From Escherichia coli (lineage in GTDB: Bacteria > Pseudomonadota > Gammaproteobacteria > Enterobacterales > Enterobacteriaceae), in the NCBI RefSeq assembly GCF_013122565.1, contig NZ_CP053258.1: DNA of 64,000 nt; one strand, 5' to 3'. Position numbers and translations under genes: made by a program. Shown here piece after piece: positions 39,509-54,001 of the stretch. The notes beneath the pieces are model-generated. The model ran no database searches. It was not told where the DNA came from and saw only the letters and a program-made list of their open reading frames with translations. Numbering within the stretch: position 1 is the first letter of the stretch; each line of letters opens with the position of its first letter.

Positions 39509-41218
39509 TTACTGCACCGGCTCCGTCGACGTAACTTCGCCACTGGAAACGACGCCCGCATTCATGGTTTGAGTCACTTGCTGCTTTGCGGCGTTCACGG
39601 CATGCAATTGCCCGCTAACCGTAGGTTTCAACGGGACATTGGCCTGAATATCGCCACTGGCGGTAAGCTGAATATTGCCGTCGCCAGTCAACGGTAATTC
39701 AGGCCATCCCCACTGTTGCAAAATATTCACCGGCACACCGCGTCCATTCAGGCTGATATGGGTCTGACGTTGTGGCGTTTGTGAAATACTGGCGGTGGCT
39801 TCCAGAATGCCTTTTTCAGTAAATGCACTCAGTTCGCTGATATTCACCGTGCTGCTGTTGGCGGTTAGCGCCAGCGATGGGCGACGAATATCAACACGAT
39901 TAAACGTCGCGGCGGCGGCATTCAGATTCGCCGAGCCACTCCAGACGCCCCATTTATGATCGGTAACCAGCGTCAGATTGGCACCGTAACCATCGAGCGC
40001 GGTGAGCTGCCACGGGAAGTCAGGGTCGATATCAATGATCAGATTGCGGCTGGCGCTAAATCTCTTCAGTTGCAGGCTGTTTAACCAGCCGGGTGTCGTT
40101 TCCATCCACAACTGTTGCCAGTTTTTCGGCAAGGTATATTCCAGCCCGGCAATTGCCGCATCATCAAGGATCAACGTTTTCCCGTCACGCAGCCAGTTCC
40201 CTGACGTTCTGACCATGCCCCCTTCCCAGCGGCTGGTGAACTGGCGCAGCGCTACGCCCTGCGGGGAAAATTCCGCGTTTATAATCGGGTCAAATAAATG
40301 CAGCGAACCATAAATGAACTCGCTGGCATTCATCGACAGTTTGCCTTCCTGTGTCTGCCAGTCATCTTTACTAAAGGTCATGTTGCGCAAGCTGAGATCG
40401 AGGTCGGTCACCGCCCAGTCCGGACCTTGCAGACGTGCGTCGATGACTTCCAGGCGACCAATCTGCAACGATGGGACAGAGCGTAATGGCGCAAAGAAGT
40501 CGGTTAGCGATTTTTCGCTTTGTAGACGGATATCCGCCATGCGCAGATTTTCCACTTGCCAGCTGCCGTCGGCGTTACGCTGCGCGTTTCCGGTTAATGT
40601 CCCGCGGGCGATGTCGGCACCCAGGTTAGTCAGCGTAACGCGATCGTTATCAATACTGCATTCAATCAGTACATTGGTGGCAGGAACATCATTGAGCGAA
40701 AGCGATCCGGCACTAAACTGAATCTGCGCCTTCGTACCCAGCACTTTACCGGCTTCTGGTGACCACGGAACCACGCCGCCATTTACCCGCTGCGCGCTCA
40801 GTTTCCATTCGCTATTCGGGCTATTAAACGCCATATCACGCAGTTGCAGACGATCGGCTTTGAACGGTAGCGGCGCGGTCTGGTCGGTGAGATTCAGCGT
40901 TCCGTTTTCCAGCAGGATGGTATCGACATGGCGTGGTTCGGTCAGTTGCCGACTGCTTAGCGCAATGTCGACACTTTTTGCCACCAGGGTCGCGGGCTGG
41001 CCATCACGGCCAAACGTGACGTTCTCCAGCACGATATGAGATGGCGCGGAAAAACGGTGATCCATCGCCCCGAAGGCCAGATGATAGTCGCTATTCTCGG
41101 AAACCCATGCGCTGATATGTTGTGCTCCCCAGCGAGTTTGCAGAAGAAAATAGAGGCCAGCGATCACCACTAACAGAGCGATGAGAATGTAGAGAAGCAG
41201 CTTCCCAATAAATTTCAT
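39509..41218 (-). CDS. yicH: AsmA-family membrane protein YicH, 569 aa
   Basis: N-terminal membrane anchor then a long beta-rich domain; conserved position. Confidence 0.85.
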   Translation of the reverse strand: MKFIGKLLLYILIALLVVIAGLYFLLQTRWGAQHISAWVSENSDYHLAFGAMDHRFSAPSHIVLENVTFGRDGQPATLVAKSVDIALSSRQLTEPRHVDTILLENGTLNLTDQTAPLPFKADRLQLRDMAFNSPNSEWKLSAQRVNGGVVPWSPEAGKVLGTKAQIQFSAGSLSLNDVPATNVLIECSIDNDRVTLTNLGADIARGTLTGNAQRNADGSWQVENLRMADIRLQSEKSLTDFFAPLRSVPSLQIGRLEVIDARLQGPDWAVTDLDLSLRNMTFSKDDWQTQEGKLSMNASEFIYGSLHLFDPIINAEFSPQGVALRQFTSRWEGGMVRTSGNWLRDGKTLILDDAAIAGLEYTLPKNWQQLWMETTPGWLNSLQLKRFSASRNLIIDIDPDFPWQLTALDGYGANLTLVTDHKWGVWSGSANLNAAAATFNRVDIRRPSLALTANSSTVNISELSAFTEKGILEATASISQTPQRQTHISLNGRGVPVNILQQWGWPELPLTGDGNIQLTASGDIQANVPLKPTVSGQLHAVNAAKQQVTQTMNAGVVSSGEVTSTEPVQ

Positions 41219-41338
41219 GGTCTTCCATCCCGTGAAATGCACATAAGGGAGTTATGCACGATTTACGCGCAATCCTCAAGGCGGGAATGGTGAAAGAGGT
41301 GAGACTGCGGCGGTAATTATCTTACCGCCGCCAGTGAA

Positions 41339-42730
41339 TTACTGTTTTTCTGGTGGGAAAATCAGATTCAGCACGATGGCAGTAATACCGCCCGCGGCGA
41401 TCCCGGAGGAGAGCAGGTTTTTCAGCCATTCAGGGGCAAACTGCAAAATCAGCGGCTGCTGAGACACGCCCAGACCAACCGCCAGCGACAGCGCGATAAT
41501 CAGAATCGCCCGACGGTTCAGCGGCTCACGAGACACAATGCGCACACCGGAGGCGGCGATGGTGCCAAACATTACAAGCGTTGCGCCGCCCAGAACCGGT
41601 TCTGGAATGTGTTGTACAAAACCGCTCACTGCCGGGAACAGACCCAGCACGATCAACATCAGCGCGACGACAAAACCGACATAGCGGCTGGCAACACCGG
41701 TCAACTGGATCACTCCGTTGTTCTGCCCGAAGCAGGAGTTCGGGAAGGTGTTAAACACCGCCGAAACAAACGAGTTCAGGCCGTTTGCCAGCACGCCGCC
41801 TTTCAGGCGTTTCATGTACAGCGGACCGGACACTGGCTGTTCGGAAACGTCAGAGGTCGCCGTGATATCGCCAATGGTTTCCAGCGAAGTGATCATAAAG
41901 ACCAGCATCAGCGGCAGCAGCAGACTCCATTCAATGCCAAGACCGTAATAGAGCGGCGTTGGCACCATAATCAGTTCTTGCGTCATCGGTTCGTTGCTTT
42001 CTGGCAACATGCCCATAAACCACGCCAGCGCATATCCGGCCGCCATCGCAATCACCAGTGAGGCCACGCGTAAGTAAGGGTTACGTTGACGGTTAAGCAG
42101 GATAATTAAGGCTAAGACCACGCCTGCCAGCAGCAGATTTTTCGGTGCGCCGAAGGTGTTATCGCTCATGGCTGCGTAACCGCCGCCAATGGAGGTCAGC
42201 CCCACCTGAATTAGCGACAGGCCGATAATCATCACCACAACGCCAGAAACCAGCGGCGTAATAATGCGGCGCGCCAGATGCAGAACGCGGGAGATCACCA
42301 TCTCGGTGCAACTTGCCAGCATCAACGTGCCGAACAAAGCCGCCATCATGGTAGGAACATCAGCACCACCCGTTTTTAATGCCGTACCGCCCATAATCAG
42401 CGGGGCAACAAAGTTGAAGCTGGTGCCCTGAATAGACAACAGCCCGGAGCCAACCGGACCCCAGGCCTTAATTTGAATAATCGATGCCACACCGGAGGCA
42501 AACAGCGACATACTAATAATGTGTTGCGTGTCTTGTGCCGGTAAACCCAGCGCCTGGCAGATTAATAGCGCTGGCGTGATCACCGCAACGAACATCGCCA
42601 GCAGATGCTGACAGGCGGCAAACAGGGTTTGAGGAAGCGGCGGACGATCTTCAAGACGGTAAATCAGTTCGCTGTTTTGAGTCTGCGCAACCGGTTGCGC
42701 ATTTTCTGACTCGAGGGTGGAAACAGACAT
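41339..42730 (-). CDS. xanP: xanthine permease (NCS2 family), 463 aa
   Basis: NCS2 transporter starting [14 protein letters not shown]. Confidence 0.9.
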
Positions 42731-43009
42731 CGAAAACAATCCCGTGGTAGCAAAGCGGGCATTTTAGCTGACCGAAAGAGAAAAGCAAACGTTTGCCACG
42801 TCCTCCTCTAAATATTTAAATGAGATAAATGCACTTTTTTATATAACTTTTGGTATTTTTCTGCTTAAAATCCATGCCATTTGTTCATTAACAGCTGAGA
42901 ATTTGACCCAGGAAAGCATGACTCGATACCCGTCATATTTCATGAAGTTGCCACTGCGCGATGAAGTATGACGAGTATGAAAGAGTGATGCGGATACAAA
43001 GGAGTAACT

Positions 43010-44215
43010 ATGTTTCATCTCGATACTTTAGCAACGCTTGTTGCCGCAACGCTGACGTTGCTGCTCGGGCGTAAGTTGGTCCATTCCGTCTCCTTTTTGA
43101 AGAAATACACCATACCGGAACCTGTTGCGGGTGGTTTGTTGGTGGCGCTGGCGCTACTGGTACTGAAAAAAAGCATGGGCTGGGAAGTCAACTTTGATAT
43201 GTCCCTGCGCGATCCGTTAATGCTGGCATTCTTCGCCACCATTGGCCTGAACGCCAACATTGCCAGTTTGCGTGCCGGTGGGCGTGTGGTTGGCATCTTC
43301 CTGATTGTGGTTGTTGGTCTGTTGGTGATGCAAAATGCCATTGGCATTGGTATGGCTAGCCTGTTAGGGCTTGATCCGCTGATGGGGCTGTTGGCCGGTT
43401 CTATTACGCTTTCCGGCGGTCACGGTACGGGAGCTGCATGGAGTAAATTGTTCATTGAACGTTATGGCTTCACCAATGCGACGGAAGTGGCGATGGCCTG
43501 TGCGACGTTTGGTCTGGTGCTGGGCGGCTTGATTGGCGGTCCGGTAGCGCGCTATCTGGTGAAACACTCCACCACGCCGAACGGTATTCCGGATGACCAG
43601 GAAGTCCCGACGGCGTTTGAAAAGCCGGATGTGGGCCGCATGATCACCTCGCTGGTGCTGATTGAAACTATCGCGCTGATTGCTATCTGCCTGACGGTGG
43701 GGAAAATTGTTGCGCAACTTTTGGCTGGCACTGCTTTTGAACTACCGACCTTCGTCTGTGTACTGTTTGTTGGCGTGATTCTGAGCAACGGTCTGTCAAT
43801 AATGGGCTTTTACCGCGTCTTTGAGCGTGCGGTATCCGTGCTGGGTAACGTAAGCTTGTCGTTGTTCCTGGCGATGGCGTTGATGGGGCTGAAACTGTGG
43901 GAGCTGGCTTCGCTGGCGCTGCCGATGCTGGCGATTCTGGTGGTACAGACCATCTTCATGGCGTTGTATGCCATCTTCGTTACCTGGCGCATGATGGGCA
44001 AAAACTACGATGCGGCAGTGCTGGCTGCGGGTCACTGTGGTTTTGGCCTCGGTGCAACGCCAACGGCAATCGCCAACATGCAGGCGATCACTGAACGCTT
44101 TGGCCCGTCGCACATGGCGTTTTTGGTGGTGCCGATGGTCGGTGCGTTCTTTATCGATATCGTCAATGCGCTGGTAATTAAGTTGTATTTGATGTTGCCG
44201 ATTTTTGCCGGTTAA
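43010..44215 (+). CDS. gltS: sodium/glutamate symporter GltS, 401 aa
   Basis: Polytopic membrane protein of expected length, next to recG. Confidence 0.9.
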   Translation: MFHLDTLATLVAATLTLLLGRKLVHSVSFLKKYTIPEPVAGGLLVALALLVLKKSMGWEVNFDMSLRDPLMLAFFATIGLNANIASLRAGGRVVGIFLIVVVGLLVMQNAIGIGMASLLGLDPLMGLLAGSITLSGGHGTGAAWSKLFIERYGFTNATEVAMACATFGLVLGGLIGGPVARYLVKHSTTPNGIPDDQEVPTAFEKPDVGRMITSLVLIETIALIAICLTVGKIVAQLLAGTAFELPTFVCVLFVGVILSNGLSIMGFYRVFERAVSVLGNVSLSLFLAMALMGLKLWELASLALPMLAILVVQTIFMALYAIFVTWRMMGKNYDAAVLAAGHCGFGLGATPTAIANMQAITERFGPSHMAFLVVPMVGAFFIDIVNALVIKLYLMLPIFAG

Positions 44216-44223
44216 CCGATGAA

Positions 44224-44250
44224 GCGGCGGTCTTCTCACCGCCGCCTTTT
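44224..44250. terminator. bidirectional terminator hairpin between gltS and recG (GCGGCGG-TCTTCTCA-CCGCCGCC-TTTT)
   Basis: GC-rich stem followed by a T-run; lies between convergent stops. Confidence 0.5.
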
Positions 44251-46330
44251 ACGCATTCGAGTAACGTTCTGTCTCCGGCATCCAGCGTTCTATCAAGGCT
44301 TTTGCCTGTTGTGGGTAACGTTCGTGAATATGTCGCGCCAGGCGCTGAACTTCCGGGATCATCGCCTGATCGCGCAGTAAATCCGCCACTTTAAATTCAG
44401 CATTACCCGTCTGACGCGTGCCTAACAATTCGCCAGGGCCGCGAATCTCCAGATCTTTTTGCGCAATCACAAAACCGTCGTTACTGTCGCGCAGCACTTG
44501 CAGGCGAATTTGCGCCGTTTTAGAAAGCGGCGTTTTGTAGAGCAGCACGCAGTGAGAAGCCACCGCGCCACGACCTACGCGCCCGCGCAGCTGGTGTAAC
44601 TGCGCCAGACCCAGACGCTCAGGGTTTTCGATAATCATCAGGCTGGCGTTAGGCACATCAACACCGACTTCAATAACGGTAGTGGCAACCAGCAGATGTA
44701 GCTCACCTTGTTTAAACGACGCCATCACCGCCTGTTTCTCGGCTGGTTTCATCCGCCCGTGTACCAGGCCAACATTCAATTCTGGTAGCGCCAGTTTCAA
44801 CTCTTCCCAGGTAGCTTCCGCCGCCTGCGCTTCCAGTAACTCTGACTCTTCAATCAACGTACAAACCCAGTACGCCTGACGACCTTCAGTTATGCAGGCG
44901 TGGCGCACGCGGTCAATGATGTCGGTACGGCGGGTATCAGGAATAGCGACCGTAGTCACTGGCGTGCGGCCTGGCGGCAGCTCATCTATCACCGAGGTAT
45001 CGAGATCGGCATACGCAGTCATTGCCAGCGTGCGGGGGATCGGCGTGGCGGTCATGATCAACTGATGCGGATGGAAGCCCTGCTGCTGGCCTTTCTCCCA
45101 CAATGCCAGACGCTGATGCACGCCAAAACGATGCTGTTCGTCGATAATCACCAGCGCCAGGCCGTTAAACTGCACCTGTTCCTGGAAGATGGCGTGTGTA
45201 CCGACAATCATCTGCACCTGACCGCTGGCGATGGCTTCCTGCTGTGCCAGTCGCGCTTTACCTTTCTGCTTACCGGCGAGCCAGCCCACTTCGATACCGA
45301 GCGGTGCAAACCAGTTGCGGAAGTTATTGGCGTGCTGCTCGGCGAGTAATTCGGTTGGTGCCATCAATGCTACCTGTTTGCCGTGGGCAATCGCACGCAA
45401 CGCGGCGAGGGCGGCGACCAGCGTTTTACCGGAACCTACATCGCCCTGCACCAGACGCATCATCGGCACATCCAGCGCCATATCGCGCTCGATCTCCGCC
45501 ACTACGCGTGCCTGTGCGCCCGTTGGCTTGAACGGTAAGGCGGCGAGGAGTTTATTTTTCAGCGTGTCATTGGCGCTCAGCGGCTGGGCATGAAAACGCT
45601 GTGCTCCGGCACGTAAGGCTAACATGCTGAGGTTGTGCGCCAGCAGTTCTTCCAGAATCAGACGACGTTGCGCCGGATGCTGCCCGGTTTCCAGATCGCT
45701 AAGCTGTAGCGTCGGTGGCGGGCGGTGCAAAGTGCGCAACGCTTCCGGTAGCGTCATCATTCCTTGTGACAGTTCCGGCGGCAGGAGTTCTTCAATGGCG
45801 CAGGTGTCGAGCAGATCCAGCGCCTGGTCGGTTAATTTACGCAGCGTGGCCTGCTTTACGCCTTCCGTTGTTGGATAAACCGGCGTGAGCGTTTCCTGTA
45901 ATTCTGGCGTGCTGAGATCGCCCTGCACGCGGTATTCCGGGTGGATCATCTCCGCACCATATTTACCGCGCTTTGCTTCTCCATAGGCCAGCACGCGGCG
46001 GCCCGTCGCCAGGCTATTTTTCATTGCCGCGCTGAAATTGAAAAAGCGCATGGTGAGGATGCCGGAACCGTCGCTGATCTGGCAGGTCATCATCCGCCGA
46101 CCGCCGAAGGAGATATTGCAGTTCAGCACTTCGCCTTCCACCGTGGCATAAACGCCCGGCAGTAGTTCTCCGATGGGGTAGAGATGGGTGCGATCTTCGT
46201 AGCGCAGGGGAAGGTGTAAGAGTAGATCCTGCACGGTATGCAGGTTGATTTTCGCCAGTTTGTTACTAAGTGCTGCGCCAACGCCCGTTAGGGAACTGAG
46301 TGGGACAGCATCTAACAGGCGACCTTTCAT
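44249..46330 (-). CDS. recG: ATP-dependent DNA helicase RecG, 693 aa
   Basis: Walker A (DVGSGKT) and DEQH box; last gene of the gmk-rpoZ-spoT-trmH-recG cluster. Confidence 0.92.
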   Translation of the reverse strand: MKGRLLDAVPLSSLTGVGAALSNKLAKINLHTVQDLLLHLPLRYEDRTHLYPIGELLPGVYATVEGEVLNCNISFGGRRMMTCQISDGSGILTMRFFNFSAAMKNSLATGRRVLAYGEAKRGKYGAEMIHPEYRVQGDLSTPELQETLTPVYPTTEGVKQATLRKLTDQALDLLDTCAIEELLPPELSQGMMTLPEALRTLHRPPPTLQLSDLETGQHPAQRRLILEELLAHNLSMLALRAGAQRFHAQPLSANDTLKNKLLAALPFKPTGAQARVVAEIERDMALDVPMMRLVQGDVGSGKTLVAALAALRAIAHGKQVALMAPTELLAEQHANNFRNWFAPLGIEVGWLAGKQKGKARLAQQEAIASGQVQMIVGTHAIFQEQVQFNGLALVIIDEQHRFGVHQRLALWEKGQQQGFHPHQLIMTATPIPRTLAMTAYADLDTSVIDELPPGRTPVTTVAIPDTRRTDIIDRVRHACITEGRQAYWVCTLIEESELLEAQAAEATWEELKLALPELNVGLVHGRMKPAEKQAVMASFKQGELHLLVATTVIEVGVDVPNASLMIIENPERLGLAQLHQLRGRVGRGAVASHCVLLYKTPLSKTAQIRLQVLRDSNDGFVIAQKDLEIRGPGELLGTRQTGNAEFKVADLLRDQAMIPEVQRLARHIHERYPQQAKALIERWMPETERYSNA

Positions 46331-46335
46331 GGCAC

Positions 46336-47025
46336 TTACCCTGCAGCCTGCATAGTAGCCCACCAGTCGGCATCAGCTTCGATCTCGCCTTGCTGATTGA
46401 CGTGGGGATAAGGCAGGCCTTTGCGTTTTGCGACTTTCGCCAGCACCGGATAGCCGCCTTCAAACAACAGGCGTTGTTGCTCTGCTTCCGGCAACATGCT
46501 GTTTTCACGCAGGTACATGCCTGCATTTTGCCGCTGACGCTGGGCTTCGTAAAGAATGAGGGCTGAGGCAACGGAAACATTCAGCGACTGCACCATGCCG
46601 ATCATCGGAATGATGATGTCCTGATCCGCCAGGGCCAATGCTTCCTGGGTGATGCCCGTTTTCTCCTGTCCCATCAAAATGCAGGTCGGGCGAGTGTAAT
46701 CAATTTCGCGGAAATCGACAGCGTTATCAGAAAGATGGGTTGCCAGAATCTGCATGCCCTGGCCTTTCAGATGAGCGACGGCATCGCCAATGGTGCGGTG
46801 TGTTTTCACCTGTACCCAGCTGTTACTACCCGCCGCTGCCGAAGCCATGGTGCGCATGCGGCTACCAGGCCAGACGGCGTGAACTTCATGTACGCCAACG
46901 GCATCTGCGGTACGAATAATCGCAGAAACGTTATGAGGTTTGTGGACCTGCTCCATACAGACGGTCAGATCAGGCTGCCGCCTAGCGAGCATTTCGCAGA
47001 TGCGTGCATAACGTGTTGGGTTCAT
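46336..47025 (-). CDS. trmH: tRNA (Gm18) 2-prime-O-methyltransferase TrmH, 229 aa
   Basis: SpoU-type methyltransferase between spoT and recG. Confidence 0.9.
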   Translation of the reverse strand: MNPTRYARICEMLARRQPDLTVCMEQVHKPHNVSAIIRTADAVGVHEVHAVWPGSRMRTMASAAAGSNSWVQVKTHRTIGDAVAHLKGQGMQILATHLSDNAVDFREIDYTRPTCILMGQEKTGITQEALALADQDIIIPMIGMVQSLNVSVASALILYEAQRQRQNAGMYLRENSMLPEAEQQRLLFEGGYPVLAKVAKRKGLPYPHVNQQGEIEADADWWATMQAAG

Positions 47026-47031
47026 AAAACA

Positions 47032-49140
47032 TTAATTTCGGTTTCGGGTGACTTTAATCACGTCTGGCATCACGCGGATTTTGCGCATGATATTCGCCAG
47101 ATGCACACGGTCACGGGCGGTCAGACGAATAAAGGCGCTATAGACGCGACCATCTTTCTCTTCCGTATTCAAACTTTGAATATTCGAGGTCGTGGTGTTA
47201 ATTGCCGCCGTCAGGTTTGCCAGCGCGCCCTGATGATTGAACATCTCCACCTTGATTTCGGTGATGAACTCCTGCGCCGTCTCTTTATCCCATTCCACAG
47301 CCATAAACTTCTCTGGCTCTTTCTGGTAGCCACGGATGTTACGGCAGGATTCATGGTGGATCACCAGACCTTTACCGGGGCTGACGTGGGCGATAATCGG
47401 GTCGCCAGGAATAGGGCGGCAGCATTTCGCAAAGGTGATCAGCACGCCATCAGCGCCTTTGATCGGCAGATGCCCGTGGCTTTGAGTCGCCGGTGGAATG
47501 GAACCGTCTCCCTGCTGGAGATTCTTCGCGACCACCACGCTCATCGCGTTGCCAAGACCAATTTCTGCCAGCAGATCGTCAAGCGTTGCCAGCTTCATGC
47601 GATCCAGCTCGCGCTGAATATTTTCCTGCGGGATTTCATTGAGCTTACGGCTGCCACCCAACGCATGGTTGAGCAGGCGACGGCCCAGACTAACGGAATC
47701 ATCACGCTTGAGGTTTTTCAGCAACTGACGAATTTTGGCGCGCGCTTTCGAGCTAACGACAAAGTTCAGCCACGCGGCATTCGGGCGAGCGCCCGGTGCG
47801 GTAATGATTTCAACGGTTTGACCGCTAGTAAGCGGCTGCGACAGCGGGTAAGGCTGGCGGTCGACGCGTGCGCCCACGCAGGCATGACCGATATCGGTAT
47901 GCACCGCATAAGCGAAGTCGACGGGCGTTGCACCGGCAGGCAGTTCGACAATTCGCCCTTCTGGTGTGAAAACGTAAATCTCATCCGGGAAGAGATCGGA
48001 TTTAACGCTCTCAATAAATTCGAACGAGCTACCGGCGCTCTGTTGCAGCTCCAGCAGGCTTTGCATCCAGCGCTGGGCGCGGATTTGTGCGGTAGTACTG
48101 GTTTCGCCGTGCTCTTTATAAGCCCAGTGCGCGGCAACACCCATCTCCGCCATCTGATCCATATCTTCGGTACGGATCTGGACCTCAACCGGCACACCGT
48201 GCGGGCCGATCATCGAGGTGTGCAAAGACTGATAGCCGTTCGCCTTTGGAATGGCGATGTAGTCTTTCACGCGACCCGGACGCGGCTTGTACAGGCTATG
48301 CATTTGCCCGAGCACGCGATAACAGGTGTCGGAATCATTGACGATCACGCGGAAAGCGTAGATGTCCATGATTGAGTGAAAACGCTGCTCTTTGAGCACC
48401 ATTTTGCAGTAAATCGAATAAAGATGCTTCTCGCGACCACTGACGCGGCACGGTATTCCCGCTTCCTGCAAACGCCCTTCGATTTCAGAAAGAATCTTCT
48501 GGATCATCTCTTTACGGTTGCCGCGCGCGGCTTTCACCACTTCTTTGATTACGCGATAACGGTTGGGATACAGCGCCTCAAAACCCAGCTCTTCGAGTTC
48601 GGTTTTAATGTGGTGGATACCTAAACGGTGCGCCAGCGGGCTGTAAATTTCGAGTGTTTCACGGGCGATGCGGCGACGTTTGTCCGGGCGAAGTGAGCCC
48701 AGCGTGCGCATGTTGTGGGTACGGTCGGCAAGTTTGATGAGAATGACGCGGATATCCTGCACCATCGCCATAATCATCTTGCGAAAGTTTTCGGCCTGCG
48801 CCTCTTTCTTATCGCGGAACTTGAGCTTATCAAGCTTCGACACCCCCTCTACCAGCTCGGCGACGCTTTTACCAAAAAGCTGTTCCATGTCCTGGTAGGT
48901 GGCGGGTGTATCTTCAATCACGTCATGCAGCAGCGCCGCCATTAGCGTTTCATAGTCGAGTTTCATCTCGGCCAGAATGCAGGCAACCGCTACCGGGTGC
49001 GTGATATAGGGTTCACCGCTTGAACGTGTTTGCCCCTCGTGAGCATCACGTGCAACGAGATACGCCTGCCGCAGACGCTTGATTTGGTCTTCCGGCAGGT
49101 AGTTTTGAATCAGCTGATTCAGGCTTTCAAACAGATACAA
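47032..49140 (-). CDS. spoT: bifunctional (p)ppGpp synthetase/hydrolase SpoT, 702 aa
   Basis: HD hydrolase domain plus RelA/SpoT synthetase domain; exact expected length. Confidence 0.95.
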   Translation of the reverse strand: MYLFESLNQLIQNYLPEDQIKRLRQAYLVARDAHEGQTRSSGEPYITHPVAVACILAEMKLDYETLMAALLHDVIEDTPATYQDMEQLFGKSVAELVEGVSKLDKLKFRDKKEAQAENFRKMIMAMVQDIRVILIKLADRTHNMRTLGSLRPDKRRRIARETLEIYSPLAHRLGIHHIKTELEELGFEALYPNRYRVIKEVVKAARGNRKEMIQKILSEIEGRLQEAGIPCRVSGREKHLYSIYCKMVLKEQRFHSIMDIYAFRVIVNDSDTCYRVLGQMHSLYKPRPGRVKDYIAIPKANGYQSLHTSMIGPHGVPVEVQIRTEDMDQMAEMGVAAHWAYKEHGETSTTAQIRAQRWMQSLLELQQSAGSSFEFIESVKSDLFPDEIYVFTPEGRIVELPAGATPVDFAYAVHTDIGHACVGARVDRQPYPLSQPLTSGQTVEIITAPGARPNAAWLNFVVSSKARAKIRQLLKNLKRDDSVSLGRRLLNHALGGSRKLNEIPQENIQRELDRMKLATLDDLLAEIGLGNAMSVVVAKNLQQGDGSIPPATQSHGHLPIKGADGVLITFAKCCRPIPGDPIIAHVSPGKGLVIHHESCRNIRGYQKEPEKFMAVEWDKETAQEFITEIKVEMFNHQGALANLTAAINTTTSNIQSLNTEEKDGRVYSAFIRLTARDRVHLANIMRKIRVMPDVIKVTRNRN

Positions 49141-49158
49141 GGGCGACCCGCTTTGTGA

Positions 49159-49434
49159 TTAACGACGACCTTCAGCAATAGCGGTAACGGCTTGTAATTC
49201 AGCGGCTTCCTGCTCTTGCTGTTCCTGGCGTTCGCGAACGTCGAGGATCTGGTTGTTGATCAGACCTTCTTCGATTTCGCGCAGCGCGATTACAGTGGTT
49301 TTATCGTTTTCTTCCGGTACCAGCGGATCCTTTCCGCCTACCTGCATCTGACGAGCGCGACGCGCGGCGACCAGTACCAGGTCAAAACGGTTACCAATTT
49401 TCTCTACAGCGTCCTGAACAGTTACGCGTGCCAT
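49159..49434 (-). CDS. rpoZ: RNA polymerase omega subunit, 91 aa
   Basis: Sequence [29 protein letters not shown]; directly upstream of spoT. Confidence 0.95.
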
Positions 49435-49488
49435 ACTTAAAAAGCTCCACAGGTGAAGAAATGACTGGGCATGATACTGAAATCAGGT

Positions 49489-50276
<788 letters not shown>

Positions 50277-50277
50277 C

Positions 50278-52666
<2,389 letters not shown>

Positions 52667-52956
52667 GGTTCTCTCCCTAAAAATCTGTCTGGCAGGGTAG
52701 CGATTTGTGCGTATTGTCACGATTGAGATTTTTTAAGGTGAGAGGAAATTGATAACTTGTAGTTATGTGAAATCGCTATTTTCTGTAGCGGAGATGCATT
52801 CATCTGACTTCTTGTCTGAGAAAATGCATAAGAAAAAATAGGTTAAAACTGAGGGGGGAAAAGAAAGGTGCAATGTTTAGCCATTGTGTTCACTGCACCT
52901 GGACCTTGGCTTACGCATCGGGTGTCTCAATCAACAAAAAGAGTTTTTCGTTTCTG

Positions 52957-53781
52957 CTATTTCTTCTCTGTAATTTTTACACTGTTTTCCAACTGCTTGA
53001 TGCTGACCTGCGGGGTCGGCAACTCCTCAGGCATGGTTCCGCCAAGTTCCTGAATGGTTTGCCTCACCTTGCTACCCACGTCAAAGTGTGTGGTATTAGC
53101 TTGCTGTTTTGAATTCACGCCATCCCGCTTGAGTTTTTCTTCTGTTTGGGTAGCTCGAAAGAGATTAGCCGCCAGTTCTGTTGAACCCATATGATCCAGG
53201 ATCTTCTGACTCTTTTTCAGCCCCTTCCGTTGATGAATAGCTTTCTGATCTAATCCACCATACAGCCCCCGGTAACCATGATTCTGAAATATGGCGAAAT
53301 CGATAGCTGTCGCTACCCCAGCTTGCTGCGCTGCCTCAACCAATTGTTTGTTATGTTCTTTCAATTCATTTCTCAGAAAAAGACGCTTTTCGTCTTCACG
53401 AAGTTGCCTGAAAGCTTCATCGTCAGCCAGCTCCTGCCGTCGGGTCTGGATAGCAAAATAAGTTTGCCCTGCCGCAATAACCGGTTTCGCAGGGTCGCCG
53501 TTTTGTACTACCAGGTAACAGGCATAGCGGGAGAGATGAACATCTTCAAGTTCTCGTTGAGCCCCTGAACCTAATACAACCATTTTGGTGGTTTCAACGA
53601 AATGGTCAGATGCAGCTTGATTGCTAGCTTTGCACGCTTGAGTCGCGCGGGTCAGTACCTTTTGAAAATTGCGCCAGTCCCGATAATTCAGTAACGGTGC
53701 CAATTCTCTCGCTGACCAAAATTCTTGCCCTTCAGTGCCATAATGCCGTATCTCTTCAAAAGGTTGATGATGTTCGTTCAT
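52957..53781 (-). CDS. dinD: DNA-damage-inducible protein DinD, 274 aa
   Basis: Start MNEHHQPFEEIRHYG; LexA box 46 bp upstream. Confidence 0.85.
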   Translation of the reverse strand: MNEHHQPFEEIRHYGTEGQEFWSARELAPLLNYRDWRNFQKVLTRATQACKASNQAASDHFVETTKMVVLGSGAQRELEDVHLSRYACYLVVQNGDPAKPVIAAGQTYFAIQTRRQELADDEAFRQLREDEKRLFLRNELKEHNKQLVEAAQQAGVATAIDFAIFQNHGYRGLYGGLDQKAIHQRKGLKKSQKILDHMGSTELAANLFRATQTEEKLKRDGVNSKQQANTTHFDVGSKVRQTIQELGGTMPEELPTPQVSIKQLENSVKITEKK

Positions 53782-53826
53782 TGCCCACTCCATGTGATAT
53801 CGATTGCAAAGAAAGTAAATCTGTAA

Positions 53827-53842
53827 CTGTATTTATATACAG
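53827..53842. promoter_or_regulatory. LexA (SOS) box CTGTATTTATATACAG upstream of dinD
   Basis: Perfect CTGT-N8-ACAG palindrome with AT-rich spacer, in the dinD promoter region. Confidence 0.75.
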
Positions 53843-54001
53843 TTATGAGTATCTCACGTTCTCAGTGTGCTGGGCAAAAAGACATCGCAAAATCTGGAGC
53901 AGGCACGCAAAACAGAATTGAAGTTGCGGGGAAGAAAAATGCCGCTCTGTTTGAGTGGGCGGCATTTGTGAAGGCTGAAAAGTAAGAATTGGCGTTACGA
54001 G

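Noticed and set aside
46735-48375. 546-aa plus-strand ORF inside spoT
   Set aside because: It is antisense to the well-conserved SpoT frame; its translation is low-complexity and lacks any recognisable domain. Long antisense ORFs are common opposite GC-rich genes.
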